The notes beneath the pieces were generated by a model that saw nothing but the letters and a program-made list of their open reading frames with translations, was not told where the DNA came from and did no database searches. A DNA stretch of 64,000 nt, taken from positions 53,508,793 through 53,572,792 of the forward strand of contig NC_058130.1 in NCBI RefSeq assembly GCF_016433145.1, given 5' to 3'. Shown piece after piece: positions 47,755 to 58,879 of this stretch. Source of the stretch: Gracilinanus agilis. Taxonomy: Eukaryota. Each line of letters starts with the position of its first letter. The stretch's first letter is position 1. The position numbers and the translations under genes are program-made.

Positions 47755-48774
47755 CTAACTGTCAGGTGTATCAGCACAAGCTTTCATGGCTGACAATAAT
47801 GCCTCTCTGCCAATGCACAATTTTTTGTAATCTGGGATAGAATTGTAATCCCAGTTCGGATCCTGGAGGGGCCATTTAGGTCCTCCCTTGCCTTTCTTGT
47901 GATTGGCCCGAGAAATGATTCTTTCTTTCTCACCGACTGTCAGAAACTCATCTAATATATTTTCAATATCCTGCCAACTGGGGTCATAAGTTCGGAATAT
48001 ATTGTCTAATTTTTTTACAAGTAAGAATGGTTCTTTCTCAAAAGTAGGCATATTCTTTTTAAATCCAGCTAAATCATCAGGGCTGAAAGGAGTAAAGTGT
48101 TTTACAGATACCAAGTCTCCTTCAGTATTAAAAGTAGGTACTTCTCGTAAAGGAAATAGTGCTGTGCTATCTTGAATGGCAGGGAGTGTAGGTCCTGCAG
48201 CAATAGCAGTAGCCCTGATTGTCTGTAGGAGGGGCTGAGGGGTGGGTTGGACAGGTTGAGGAGGCGGGAGCAGGACAGGCTGGGGATGGAGTGGTATGGG
48301 TTGGGGAGGGGGCGGGATAGGTTGGGGGAAGGGGACGGGTTGAGGAGGGGGTGTGTCAGGAGCGCTTTCATAGGAGGAATCCTCGAAAGCGGAACTATGG
48401 AGGAATAATTCTCTCTTTTGTTGGAACTTCTTTTTAAACTGTTTCCTCCTTCTTAACTGCTTAGCATGGTTTTTTAGATAAGCCAGCAGTTGTTCTTGGC
48501 CCTCTTCCATATTCTCCACTTTCTTCTCTATCTTACTAAATCTCTGTGAGTTAGTGTCATCCAGCTTCTCTGTTATATTTCCTTTTTCCTTCTCTATCTT
48601 ACTAAATCTCTCTGAGTTAGTGTCATCCAGCTTCTCTGGCAGTTTCTTTTGAGAGAAGTAAAGATAAACTATTCTGCCTACTATGAGTATTATCACACCT
48701 ACATACAGTGCATCAAACAGCCCTTGAAAGGTATTTTCTCGTGTTATTCTTCCGAAAAAAAAACAGCATAACAT
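47755..48774 (-). CDS. ERV Gag N-terminal ORF (339 aa): hydrophobic TM segment, repeats, Pro-rich linker, capsid NTD
   Basis: FPLREVP boundary motif; PFSPDDLAGFK...YDPSWQDIENIL...WPLQDPNWDYN...REALL resembles p30-type capsid. Confidence 0.85.
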   Translation of the reverse strand: MLCCFFFGRITRENTFQGLFDALYVGVIILIVGRIVYLYFSQKKLPEKLDDTNSERFSKIEKEKGNITEKLDDTNSQRFSKIEKKVENMEEGQEQLLAYLKNHAKQLRRRKQFKKKFQQKRELFLHSSAFEDSSYESAPDTPPPQPVPFPQPIPPPPQPIPLHPQPVLLPPPQPVQPTPQPLLQTIRATAIAAGPTLPAIQDSTALFPLREVPTFNTEGDLVSVKHFTPFSPDDLAGFKKNMPTFEKEPFLLVKKLDNIFRTYDPSWQDIENILDEFLTVGEKERIISRANHKKGKGGPKWPLQDPNWDYNSIPDYKKLCIGREALLSAMKACADTPDS

Positions 48775-49599
48775 GCCATAATATAGACTGGATCCAGCGT
48801 CTTAAAGTCTGAAATCTGGTATTTTTTTCATCAGTAATGGTTCGAACCCACCACATTCTTACTCTAGTCAGTAGATGTCTCCAGTGGGTAAGGTCTTCCT
48901 TTTACTAAGGGTTGGGCTAGTTGTATTGTTTGGGTCAAGATTTCCTTTTGTTCCCGCCTGGCTGAGGACAAAGGCTATAGCCTGAGGCCGAGTACTAGAG
49001 ATAAAGCTCTTTGGGGGTAGGCAGGGCTTTTTGCCTGAGGCAAAAAGTTGGGAGTGTCTTTCAAAAGCTAATTTTGGTTCTGGGAGGCTCTATTCGATTG
49101 TAAAAGTCTGAAAAATTTCTTTTCTTTTAAAGTTATGTGCCTTCTACTGTGGGGGAAAAAACGGCTTTTTTTAAAATTCTAGCTGGCCCCACCAGGCTTT
49201 TGCTTTTTCTAAAGATTTTAAAACTAAAAATACGGTTTGAAATAGAACAGAGTTTAAGCCTATTTGTAGCCTAAAAAAATTACTCTCCCTAATTCTACTA
49301 AATAAGTCTAGTGCCTCCTGCTTCTATTTGGCTGCTTTTAAATCTTATTCAGGTGTGCTCCTGGCCTGGCTAGGAGAACTGAGCAGTCCTTCCCAGGTGT
49401 GGCCAAGGCCTCCTACTAGGCTTATTTCTTTCCTTAAGACAAAGAGGCAACCTAGCTAAATTTTCAGGGTCCCCAGGTTTTTTTGATCTCACCAATCTAG
49501 CAGCTTTATATCGACTGAAGCTCCAAGGCGTGCTGTGAGAAGGCTGACTTAAGGATAGGTATAAAGAAGAATTCAAGAAAATTCAGAAAGATTGAGGAA

Positions 49600-49623
49600 G
49601 TTCGAGACCTAAGTGGTCGGCCA
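49600..49623 (-). other. Degenerate primer-binding site (tRNA-Arg-like, uncertain)
   Basis: Minus strand TGGCCGACCACTTAGGTCTCGAAC begins 4 nt after the 5' LTR; tRNA identity guessed from memory. Confidence 0.5.
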
Positions 49624-49627
49624 ACTG

Positions 49628-50243
49628 TGTAAGGAATAAAAATTTAGTTATTATAGCTATATATTAAAAATATGTGGCCGCCAGGAATCAACAATTAGGT
49701 TGATTCCGTAATTAAATCAGACCCAAGTCAGCATCGGGTTGAAGAGTTTATTTACAATCAGGTAGGTAAAAGTAGGGATAAAGAGAAAAAGGAGGTTAGA
49801 AGGCTAAATAAATGAAGCTGTAAGCCACAGGGCCCAACAGCCAGATAGGCAGAGTTTAGAATTGGCCCAGCTAGGCCAAGGAAGCCAGCCTAACTTACCC
49901 ACGTGACAATACAGAGTGTAAGCTGTCTGTGGTCTCAGGAGATGCTTCTTCCTCCAGTTCGAGACGGCAACTGCCCCACAGGAAGTTCACTCACTTACTT
50001 AAAGAGATCGTGTCTTTCATCACTTCCTGTGGTCCACCTCTAATTCAAATGGACAAATGGCAGTTTCTACATTGATTTGGACTGCCCAAAGGGCAGTCCC
50101 TTATTCTTAATTCGTTACTTATTGTCACGTGTGGGTAACTCGTCTCCCCTCCCCACTAAGGGAGGTGGGAGTGACATCATTAGCACGCCTGGGTTGAGTA
50201 GATTTTTGACTATTAATGGGCTGGAGCTAATTCTATTTACACA
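49628..50243 (-). repeat. ERV 5' LTR, full length (616 bp)
   Basis: TG...CA ends; AATAAA on the - strand at 49747-49752; E-box and ETS-type motifs. Confidence 0.9.
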
Positions 50244-50720
50244 GCTTCAGTGACTCATCCTGTCACTCCTCGGCTCAGGACATTTGAGTGGCTCCTTCTT
50301 ATCTGGGCCATCCATGGCAGATTCATCTTTTTGGCCTTTAAAGTCCTTCCCCATCCGGCTCCAGGCCACAACCTCACCCACTCTAAGCCCAAACGGGCCT
50401 CCTCGCTGTGTCTCCCACCCAGGACCCCATCCCTGCTCTCTAGACTGTATCCCGGCAGTTCTCCCCACTTGCAATGAACGCCTCCTAGAAGGGAGCCCTT
50501 CCCTGGTCTCCCAGGAGCCTGCATTTACTTTGTATATGTTTAGTATCTGCTAACGGTCTCTCTTGGCCGTCTCTCTCCCCACACAGTAGGCAAGTTCCTC
50601 GAGCCCATGGGTGGTCTCCGTTTTGCCTTTCTATCCCGTGTCCTACACTGACTCACTCCTATGTGCCAGGCACTGTGCTAAGTGCAGAGGATGCAAAGAG
50701 AGCCAAAAGACAGTCCTTGC
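50244..50720 (+). mobile_element. L2 fragment, right half of the element interrupted by the ERV
   Basis: L2-like 3' sequence continuing from 44188; approximate end. Confidence 0.5.
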
Positions 50721-51283
50721 TCTCAAGAGCTTATCCTCCGGGAGGGCAATTGTTGCACAGCTGGCTCAGTTTAGTAACAGAAAAGGTTCATAAACTTGGT
50801 ACAGATGGCCGTGTTTATGAAATGTAGCTCTGTCCTAGAGGCAGACAGGTGGTACAGTGGATAGATCCCCAGCCTGCAGTGAGGAAGACCCAAGCTCCAA
50901 TCTAGCCTCAGACACTGGCTGTGTGACCCTGGGCTTAGCCACTGCCTGCCTCAGTTTCTTTAATTGTAAAATAAAGCTGGTAATAACAGCAATTACCACC
51001 CCCTCTTCCCCAGGGTTGTTGTAAAGATCAAATGAGAGAAGTGTAAAGGCAATTCCTGGCGCAGTAGGCACTTAGTTAACATTATTCCCTTCTCTTTAGC
51101 CCCACCAGGAATTTTGGGTCCAAAGTATCAGTGCTAAAGCCTCAACTCTTTTAATTTTCCTCATTGTTTTTTTTTAGTCTTTCTTCTACTTCACAACCTA
51201 CATCTTAGTCATGGCAGCATCAGACTAGATGCCTCTGAGCTTTCTTCTCCCTTTTAAATCTATGATCCTAGTATCCGTTAACA

Positions 51284-51488
51284 TTTTTTTTAAACCCTTA
51301 TTTTCCATCTTGGAATCAACACTGTGTATTGGTTCCAAGGCAGAAGAGCATTACGTAAGGGAGAGTCTATGGGGGTTAAGTGACTTGCCCAGGGTCACAC
51401 AGCTAGGAAGTGTCTGAGGTCACATTTGAACCCAGAACCTCCAGTCTCTGGGCCTGGCTCTCAACCCACTGTGCCATCCAGCAGCCCC
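51284..51488 (-). mobile_element. Marsupial SINE (SINE1_Mdo-like)
   Basis: Closely matches the 4923-5117 copy (ccatcttggaatcaacactgtgtattggttccaaggcaga...). Confidence 0.75.
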
Positions 51489-52945
51489 TCCCTTAACATT
51501 TTTGCTGAAGTTCTTCCCACCCTTAATTTCTGTTCTGTTGCTGTAGTCAGCAACTCACCCAGTAGCAAGGAAGTTATTTCACATTCTCTAGGTTTCATTG
51601 TTTTCTCCAAACATTACTGAAACCACAATGTATTTGTAATTCCTTTTCTCTGGCTCTACTGAGAGATGAAGATCCCTAATAAATTATTTTGGGGGATGAG
51701 GGTGAGAAAAAAGATGAAGAATTTAGGGGTCAATTATGGGTACAGAAAACAATTAAAGGAATACTTTTAAAAAACTGCCAACTCCCACTCCCACCCTGAA
51801 TCCTTTGTAATTATGTATGTCTGGGCTCAAGTACTTCCTTTGCCCAGAGGTTCATTTATGCCCTTTCTCTCCATCAGTTCCCTTTTTGCCACAGGCTAAC
51901 ATTGATTTTTGGAAAGTCCATGACCTGCTGATTGTCTGCTGTTTGGCAGGGGTCAGTGAGGCCTTAGTATGTACTAAGCATCCTTCCTCCCTTTAGAGTC
52001 CTTAGAATGGGGAAACAGGACAGCGGTAAGATTTAGTTCAGTAATAATAGCTGACATTTATATGGTGCTTTAACATCTACAAAGCACCTAAAAATGTCCC
52101 TGTGAGACAGTGGGAGATCAGCCCACTCTTACCCCATCTTCCCTATCCAAACTTGTTTGCCATTCAAGGCCTCCCCCAATTAACAAACAGGATATATTCC
52201 AAAAGTTCATTTGTTAGCTAGTTTGGAACATGGAGTTTCTCCACAGAAACAATGTTATAAATGTTTATGTTCCCGGGGAGGTTCTCAAAAGCCTACTTAA
52301 ACAGAAAATAGCCATGCTACATGAGTTTCCCACTGTCTCTTTGGGAAAATACATTCCAGTTCTAACTGGGAAACTGGGAATACACCAACCCCTCCTTGAA
52401 GGACCTTGCCAATAAAGGAAGAAGCCTGGTTTCCTTCCTACTGCATTTAGGGGATTTCCATTTCCCCCTCCCCTAGCCTAGCCTCCTTCTCCCCTTCTCC
52501 CTCCCTCATCCCCTACTATGACAATAGAGAAGTATTTCTGGCAGAAGTGGACCTTCAAGCAGAAAAGGATAGTTCCAAGCCCAGAATTCCTACCTCTGAG
52601 AGTTGTAGACGCCTCTTCAGCCATCTGAATGGATGAGATTTACTCGTGACACTTTCTTTGTTTGGAGGATCCTCCCCATTTAATATTTATTCTCTTAGAC
52701 CAGGTTCATTTCAGCCCACCTTTTCTCCTCTGATTTTCCTAGCACTTCTAGGCTATATCCACTAAGGACCTCATTATAGTCTGCCCTGGAATGTTCTCGA
52801 AATTTTCACACAGTTGTCTTATTTTCTCCAAATATGGAGAATTTCTCATAGGGCATGGACCATGTTTTCTTCTCCTTTTGTATCCACACATAGTACCTAA
52901 GTATAGGGAGGGATATAGCAGATGCTCAGGGAGGCTCTGAGTCCT

Positions 52946-52951
52946 TTTATT
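52946..52951 (-). terminator. TADA3: Candidate TADA3 poly(A) signal AATAAA (second candidate at 52686-52691)
   Basis: tttatt on the + strand about 500 nt past the stop codon. Confidence 0.5.
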
Positions 52952-53454
52952 TCCCCAATCATCCCCCTCCAGGCTCACAGGGAGAGATGACTTTTCTCTC
53001 ACTGTCACCTCCTAACCCCAGCCCTCCCACTCTAGTTCCTTCTCTGTACTCCAAGAGATGACACTGGGACTTGGATTATTTTCTTAAAAACCAGAGCAGT
53101 CTGTTTACTCTAAAGTTTACACCTTAGAAAAACACAGGGGAAAAGTTCTTGGAAGAAAAGAGGGGGAAGAAGGGACAACAGCCAGGTCCAGGGGAGAAGT
53201 GAAGCCTGGCCCAAGACACCAATCTCTCATTAGAATTCTGCCAAGCACAGTCTAGGGCCAGCTCCAGCCCACTCCTCTGGCTCCCTGGCTGAGCATTGTC
53301 TAAAAAAGTCCAGTGAAGAGAGGCAGCAAATATACAGCAACTCCCACCCATTCTGTCAGAGGAAGGGCCTGGGGTCTTCCCATTCTTCTAAGCATTAAGA
53401 TTTGGGAGAGAGAAGAACTAAGAGGCAGGGCAGGAACCGAGAAGCCCAGCCTAG

Positions 53455-53647
53455 CTATCCATCCAGAAGTTTAAGGATGCTCTCCCGCTCCTTCAGTGTT
53501 TTCCAGGCCTGGTCTTTTTCCTTCTTGGTGGGAGTCCTCTTCTTCTGCCGGGCAGCCATGATCTTCCGGAAGGCGTCCATGACCTCATTGTCTGCCATGC
53601 GTACCCGCTGCCTCAGCTCTTGACGATTCACTTCTTCTTTTGCCAAC
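53455..53647 (-). CDS. TADA3: TADA3 last exon
   Basis: LAKEEVNRQELRQRVRMADNEV...KLLDG*. Confidence 0.95.
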
Positions 53648-56600
53648 CTAAAAAGACCATCATACTTGTTCAATCCTAACTAATTCAGAGAGCATTGCCA
53701 ACTCTTCTTCTCCTTCAAAATCCCAACTAACTTCCATCTTCTAGAACACTTTCCCACTCTGAACCCCTTGTTTGGTCACCATCCCACAGCTGAGCTCTCC
53801 AAGTCCCATTCCAGTCAAAAAAACAAAACAAAAACCAAAAATCTTAAAAAAAAATGTTCTAGTCAACTGCCTAATTTCAAAATAACACAATTCCAAAACA
53901 TCTCAAGAATTTGGCCAGAGCCCTAGGCTTCACCATAAAGTATGTCTTAACCAATTTTCTAGTCACACAGGCAGTCTAGTGAATCCTATGGATCCCTTCT
54001 CAGAATCATATTTTTTAATAGCATAAAAATATAATACAAAGGACTACCAAAGGAAACTTGTTATATTTAAAGTTATCAAAACATTAAAACAAACGCTAAG
54101 TTCACAGACCCTAGGTTAAGGACACTATTTGATCTTCTTTTCCTTGCTTAGCCTAGAAATACTTGAGAAAAGGCTTTTTTTTTTAGTCAAGTAAATTTTT
54201 GTGTATTTATTACATGAACTACTCCTCTGCTAAATGTCCCAGGGGATGCCAAAGGAGGGGAAACCTCAGTCCCTCCTCTCAAGAAACTTGCAGCCTGGTC
54301 ACTTCTCTAATGGGCTATTAAAGGCTACTTGTTTTCTAAAGGAGATTCAAATTCCGGCCTAGACTTTGACACTAATTAGCCATGGGACATTGGGCAAGTC
54401 ACTCCTCTTTGGATCTCAGTCTTCTCCTATGATTAATAAGAGGGATGAGATATACAGAGAGAAATGAGAGAGATGCAAAAAGCAGTACTAAGTCACTTGT
54501 TACTAATGTATTAAGCTCATATATTTAAAAAAATTATACATAGCAGAAATCCATAGTTTCTTGAACAGTTCTCTTTTCTTCTGCATCTTGAAATGTTTTG
54601 ATTATTGATCACAATAAAAAATGAGTGGGATAAAATACTGGAAGGTGAGGTCATATGTTAGGTTTTGCTTCACTTTTTTTCTCTGAAGGCCAAAAAGGCA
54701 TAGAAGAGAGGTATATTTAGAAATGACTGTGATGTAACAACAAAAGACATCAACAAAATATTTTTTTAAATGAGGGTTTGGACCAGATTGTCTAAAATCC
54801 TTCCAGCTCTAATATTCCAGGATTTTCTCCCACAACATTATCCCTTCGTGCCCTCGCCAGAGATATTATTAGGCTAGATTGACTATGAATCTGCCCATCT
54901 GCTCATGCTTCTTTAAAGCATGCAATATGCAGTTGGGCACTACTCAGTCCATACCCCAAAACATCTCAAGTATGAATGATTCCACATGTGTGGCCATCCC
55001 CACTGATGAGGATACAAAGTGAAAACCTGAGACACCTTTGTAGAACGGGTATGGCAAAAAAAAACAAAAAACAAAAAACTTCATCACCTGGTAGCCAAGT
55101 CTCTAAGGAGGAGCTCCTACGCACTTAACTGGGTGAGAGTTCCTGCCCCTCAGAGCCTTTCCAACTTTGTAGTACCCACACCACAACTTGTGCTCCAATG
55201 GCACCGACTTCAAGAACTTAGTGTCACCATCACCCCATAATGAGGCAATACAGAAAGACTTTAAAGGGCCCAATAATAGCTGCTTACATTTACTTTAGAG
55301 ATGACCCCAGTGATGCAGGAGGCACTAAAATTCAGGGATGGTATCATCCAGTGTCCAGCAAGGCAGGGAACTAACTATCCAAAGCTGTAGCTCCCAGTCC
55401 CCGTCTGTGCTCATACCCACCTCAGAAGATCATGCTTCTTGGTTCGGTTGTGAGCGCTGAGTGCCTTCAATTCAGCCTGCCGCTTCCTCAGCTCAGCCAG
55501 GACTTCATCCTCCGAGTCCTCAGCAGGCCTGTCCTCAGACTCCAGCAGGCCCTGGGCTATCAGCTCCTCTTTTATTCGTCCCTCCAGAGACTTGGTATGG
55601 GGAACACTGTGAATGGGTCAGATGGTCAGTGTCCCCTAAGCTTCACATCATGCCACCACCCTCTCCCCTATCAAAGGATAAGCTGGTAGAGGATCCAGCC
55701 CTGTAGTCACAGAAAATAGAAATGCTTCAGCAGCTCCTGAGCCCATCCAAGGACTCTCATCTCTTACCCCTCTTCCCTGGAGGCCTCCCCATTTGAAGTC
55801 AGAGACCCAGAAGAGTCAGTTGACCCTTAGGTAGAAGAATGAGCAGAAGGGATGAGGTAAAAATGGGTGAGAGGGGGAGTACTATTCACCTGAATGGCTT
55901 GTTCTGATTTCGAGGGGAGGTGCTGGCACCATCAGCTCCAGACTCTTTGCCAGACACATCTGGAATAGGGGAATCTTCCATGGGGGAGATAATGTTTTCC
56001 TACAAGGCCATAAAGCAAGACAACTGCTATGACTCAAACTCAGCTCTATTCCTATAAAAGTCACCTTCTCCCTACTTCCCAGACTGACAGGTCACCCCTT
56101 CTACACAAAGCTGAAATATTCTCCTTTCAAGCAAATCACACCTTTTCTCCTTCACAAACCCTATTCTTGTCTAAGACCAAGTGTTCTAACCACTACAATG
56201 ACTGTGGCAAACACCTTCTCCCCTAGAATTTATGAATGAAAAATACAATCAACAATGGTCTGAATAAGTTTCTTAAGTTTTTCTTAGGTGTCTATTCTGT
56301 ATTCCTCCCCCTCCCATAAGACTAGGAGCTCTCAGAGAACAAGAACATTTTAAATTTTCTTCTAGCGTTCCACGGCTATTTACCCCATGATAAAGGGTCC
56401 TACACAGGATGAATCTGAGGTTATCTTTAGGAACACAGATTTGGAAGTACTGGAAGAGATCCTAAAAGTCATCTAGTCTAACCCCCTAATTTTACAGATG
56501 AGGAAAAACTAAAAGCCAGAACAACTAAGTTACTTGCCAAAAGTCCCACAGGCAACATTAGAAACTGGGTCCTCTTATTCAAAGCTAGAGATTCTTATGT

Positions 56601-58494
56601 AAAACTGCTTTAGTCCCATTCTGAGTTCCCTAACTACATGATCTTAGGCACCCTAAGAATCTGAATCCTTACCTCCACCAAAGCCTGTAGGAGTCGTTGA
56701 GTCAGAGGGCCAAAGGGACACCCATCTTCAGGCTGCTCGTGCTGGGCCTCTGATTTCTTAAGCAGTGCATCCACATCTGGACCCAGAGATGGGTAGAGAA
56801 TGTAAAGAGGGCAAGTGGGTTGTGGAACACAGCTTAGACATTTTCCCTGGGTCTCATAGGGATTAGGAGGGAAAAGGTGACCCCACTAGACACAGGAGAG
56901 TACCTTTGGTGTCCAGTTCCGTCAGTGGTCCCATAATGCCTTTCTTCTTGTCAGCTACAGCTGCTGCTCGGGCTCCATCTTTCTGTTCTTCCAGTAAATC
57001 TTCCTGGGCCCAACGCTGGGAATAGTGCTTCCCCAGAGGTGGGATCTGTATGAAAAAAAGGAAGCAACCAACCTCAATAGGATAAAGACCAGTCAAACCA
57101 AAGAACCTGTTTTGCATCTTTTTCCTTCCTTATTCAATTGTAACTATTTCTGTGTGTTTCAGAACCAGAGCTTGAGGTGGTCTAAGCCTCAGACTAAGTG
57201 TTTCCATCAATCCTTAACACTCCCTGCCCAAAACAGGGTCTGACAAGGGGCGGTGCTCAGAAGGGTCTACCTTGTAATGCTCAGCCTCATCTTCTGGGGG
57301 CTTCAGCAGCTCTTCCAGCGTTCGTACTTCCTCACTGGTGATGTCAGCACAGTACGGTTCCACGGAAGCCCAGAACCTGGGAGCAGAGCCTGGCCCTGAG
57401 CACAGACAGTCCCCTCGCCTATTATCAGCCACTGTATTAAGTATCTGCTAGATGGGTGGTCCCATTCTACATGCTTATCACAGAGAACAATGACAGCCCC
57501 CAGAAGAACAGAATCCCCCCTTGGTTCCCTCCCAATTCTTGATAACCCATTTCCCTTGACTTCTCCCAGCCCTGCACCTGTTAGGAGCATCATTCTTGGG
57601 AATCCGTGGCACATCAATGGGGTCATCTGTGAATTCATATTCCTGAATCTTGGACTGGAGGTTCTTGGACTTGGGCCGGCCAGGGCCAGGACCTGGCCCA
57701 TGACCTGCCTTTCCTTCCAACTTCTGTTTTTTGGGCTTGCCATGTTTTGCAGGGGCTCCTAATTCATGGTCCCGGCCCAGCTTTAGGAATCGCCGGTCAC
57801 CTTTCTTATCCTGCCAGTCAGTCAGGATCTGAAAGACAGATAAATGGTTATTGAGGGAAAGAAGGAAGTCAACAGAATCACTTTCACCCAAGGAAAATTT
57901 AGAACTCAAGGGGCATAAGCCCACAAAAAATAGGCTGGTGCTAAACTCCTGATGTGAACTATAACTCAAATATTCAGCTGTGATTCAAATTATTACTTTC
58001 TAGGCAGCCTTCCCAGGCTGCAAAAGCACTTCCTTCCCAGTATTCAGAGCAATAATTTTGGTGTCATTGTGTACCTATGTATTTTTTTAATATAAGTCCT
58101 CACTCCCTAGTATGTAAGCTTCTGTTGTCTTCTTTAACTCCCCAAAGTACCCATACCCATATAGCAGATAGATTATATCACTCTTGTCTATTCCATTCAT
58201 ACTTGGCCTTACTATCCAATATGCATTCTCCTCATTTCTCCTTCTACCCTATAGTTAGGAGAGGAACAAATTAAAGGAGGAAGTCACCTGGGTCTCAGCC
58301 TCCAGCACCCGAAGACGTCGGCTGGCTGAAGAAAGCAGAGTCTCCAACTCCAGCTGAAGAGTGTCGAGCTCCTCAATGCCAATACCATCATCTTCTGAGC
58401 GGGCCAGTACCGCTGTATATCGGGGACATACCTTCAAGTGGTCCACTGACTTGAAGTCATGGAACTGCAGTGGGCAGTCCTTTAGCTCACTCAT
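53455..58494 (-). CDS. TADA3: Transcriptional adapter 3 (SAGA/ATAC HAT module), 432 aa, 8 coding exons
   Basis: complement(join(53455..53647,55421..55606,55890..55999,56673..56776,56904..57045,57271..57376,57578..57828,58288..58494)) = 1299 nt; MSELKDCPLQFHDFKSVDHLKVCPRY...ERESILKLLDG*. Confidence 0.97.
53960..54128. mobile_element. Old hAT/Charlie-type MITE fragment (MER-like)
   Basis: cctatggatcccttctcagaat...agttcacagaccctaggttaagg resembles Charlie-derived MITE ends; by eye only. Confidence 0.4.
55421..55606 (-). CDS. TADA3: TADA3 exon (VPHTKSLEGRIKEEL...HDLLR)
   Basis: GT-AG, 186 nt. Confidence 0.95.
55890..55999 (-). CDS. TADA3: TADA3 exon (ENIISPMEDSPIPD...NKPF)
   Basis: GT-AG, 110 nt. 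Confidence 0.95.
56673..56776 (-). CDS. TADA3: TADA3 exon (DVDALLKKSEAQH...QALVE)
   Basis: GT-AG, 104 nt. Confidence 0.95.
56904..57045 (-). CDS. TADA3: TADA3 exon (IPPLGKHYSQRW...ELDTK)
   Basis: GT-AG, 142 nt. Confidence 0.95.
57271..57376 (-). CDS. TADA3: TADA3 exon (FWASVEPYCADIT...EHYK)
   Basis: GT-AG, 106 nt. Confidence 0.95.
57578..57828 (-). CDS. TADA3: TADA3 exon (ILTDWQDKKG...NDAPNR)
   Basis: GT-AG, 251 nt. Confidence 0.95.
58288..58494 (-). CDS. TADA3: TADA3 first coding exon
   Basis: ATG at 58494-58492; 69 codons to CAG|GTGACT. Confidence 0.95.
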
Positions 58495-58506
58495 TGCCCT
58501 TGTATG

Positions 58507-58610
58507 CTCTATAGGGCTAGAGAAGAAAACAATCAATTTACAAGAATTGGAAGGTTGATTCTCTATAGGGCTAGAGAAGAAAACAATCAATTTACAAGAA
58601 TTAGGAAGGT
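58507..58610. repeat. 54-bp-period tandem duplication spanning the TADA3 acceptor
   Basis: ctctatagggctagagaagaaaacaatcaatttacaagaatt occurs at 58507 and 58561. Confidence 0.92.
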
Positions 58611-58879
58611 ATCTATAAGGAGGTTGGCCCTCAAATGTGGTGAGGGTCCTGGGATGGCTTAACTTCAAACATAAACAGTAATTCTCCCCACTCCCAGGAT
58701 GTCATTTTTCTCTTATTCAATCTATTTTCCCCAAAATCAACCCTAGTTCTACCCATCCCTTTACAATCATCAGCTATGTCTCTCACTGGGCTCTTGACCT
58801 TATTCTATGTCATAAGTTGTTCCCCCTCCCACAACCCCTAAATTTTTCCCTTCTTTTATTTTTTTCATTCTTTTTCCTC

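Larger units (their letters stand above)
44189..50243 (-). mobile_element. Defective class I (gamma/ERV1-like) endogenous retrovirus, env-less and lacking PR/RT
   Basis: Paired TG...CA LTRs; 4-bp TSD GCTT (44185-44188 and 50244-50247); PPT; PBS-like site; gag (CA, single Zn knuckle) and RNase H-end/integrase ORFs on the - strand. Confidence 0.93.
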
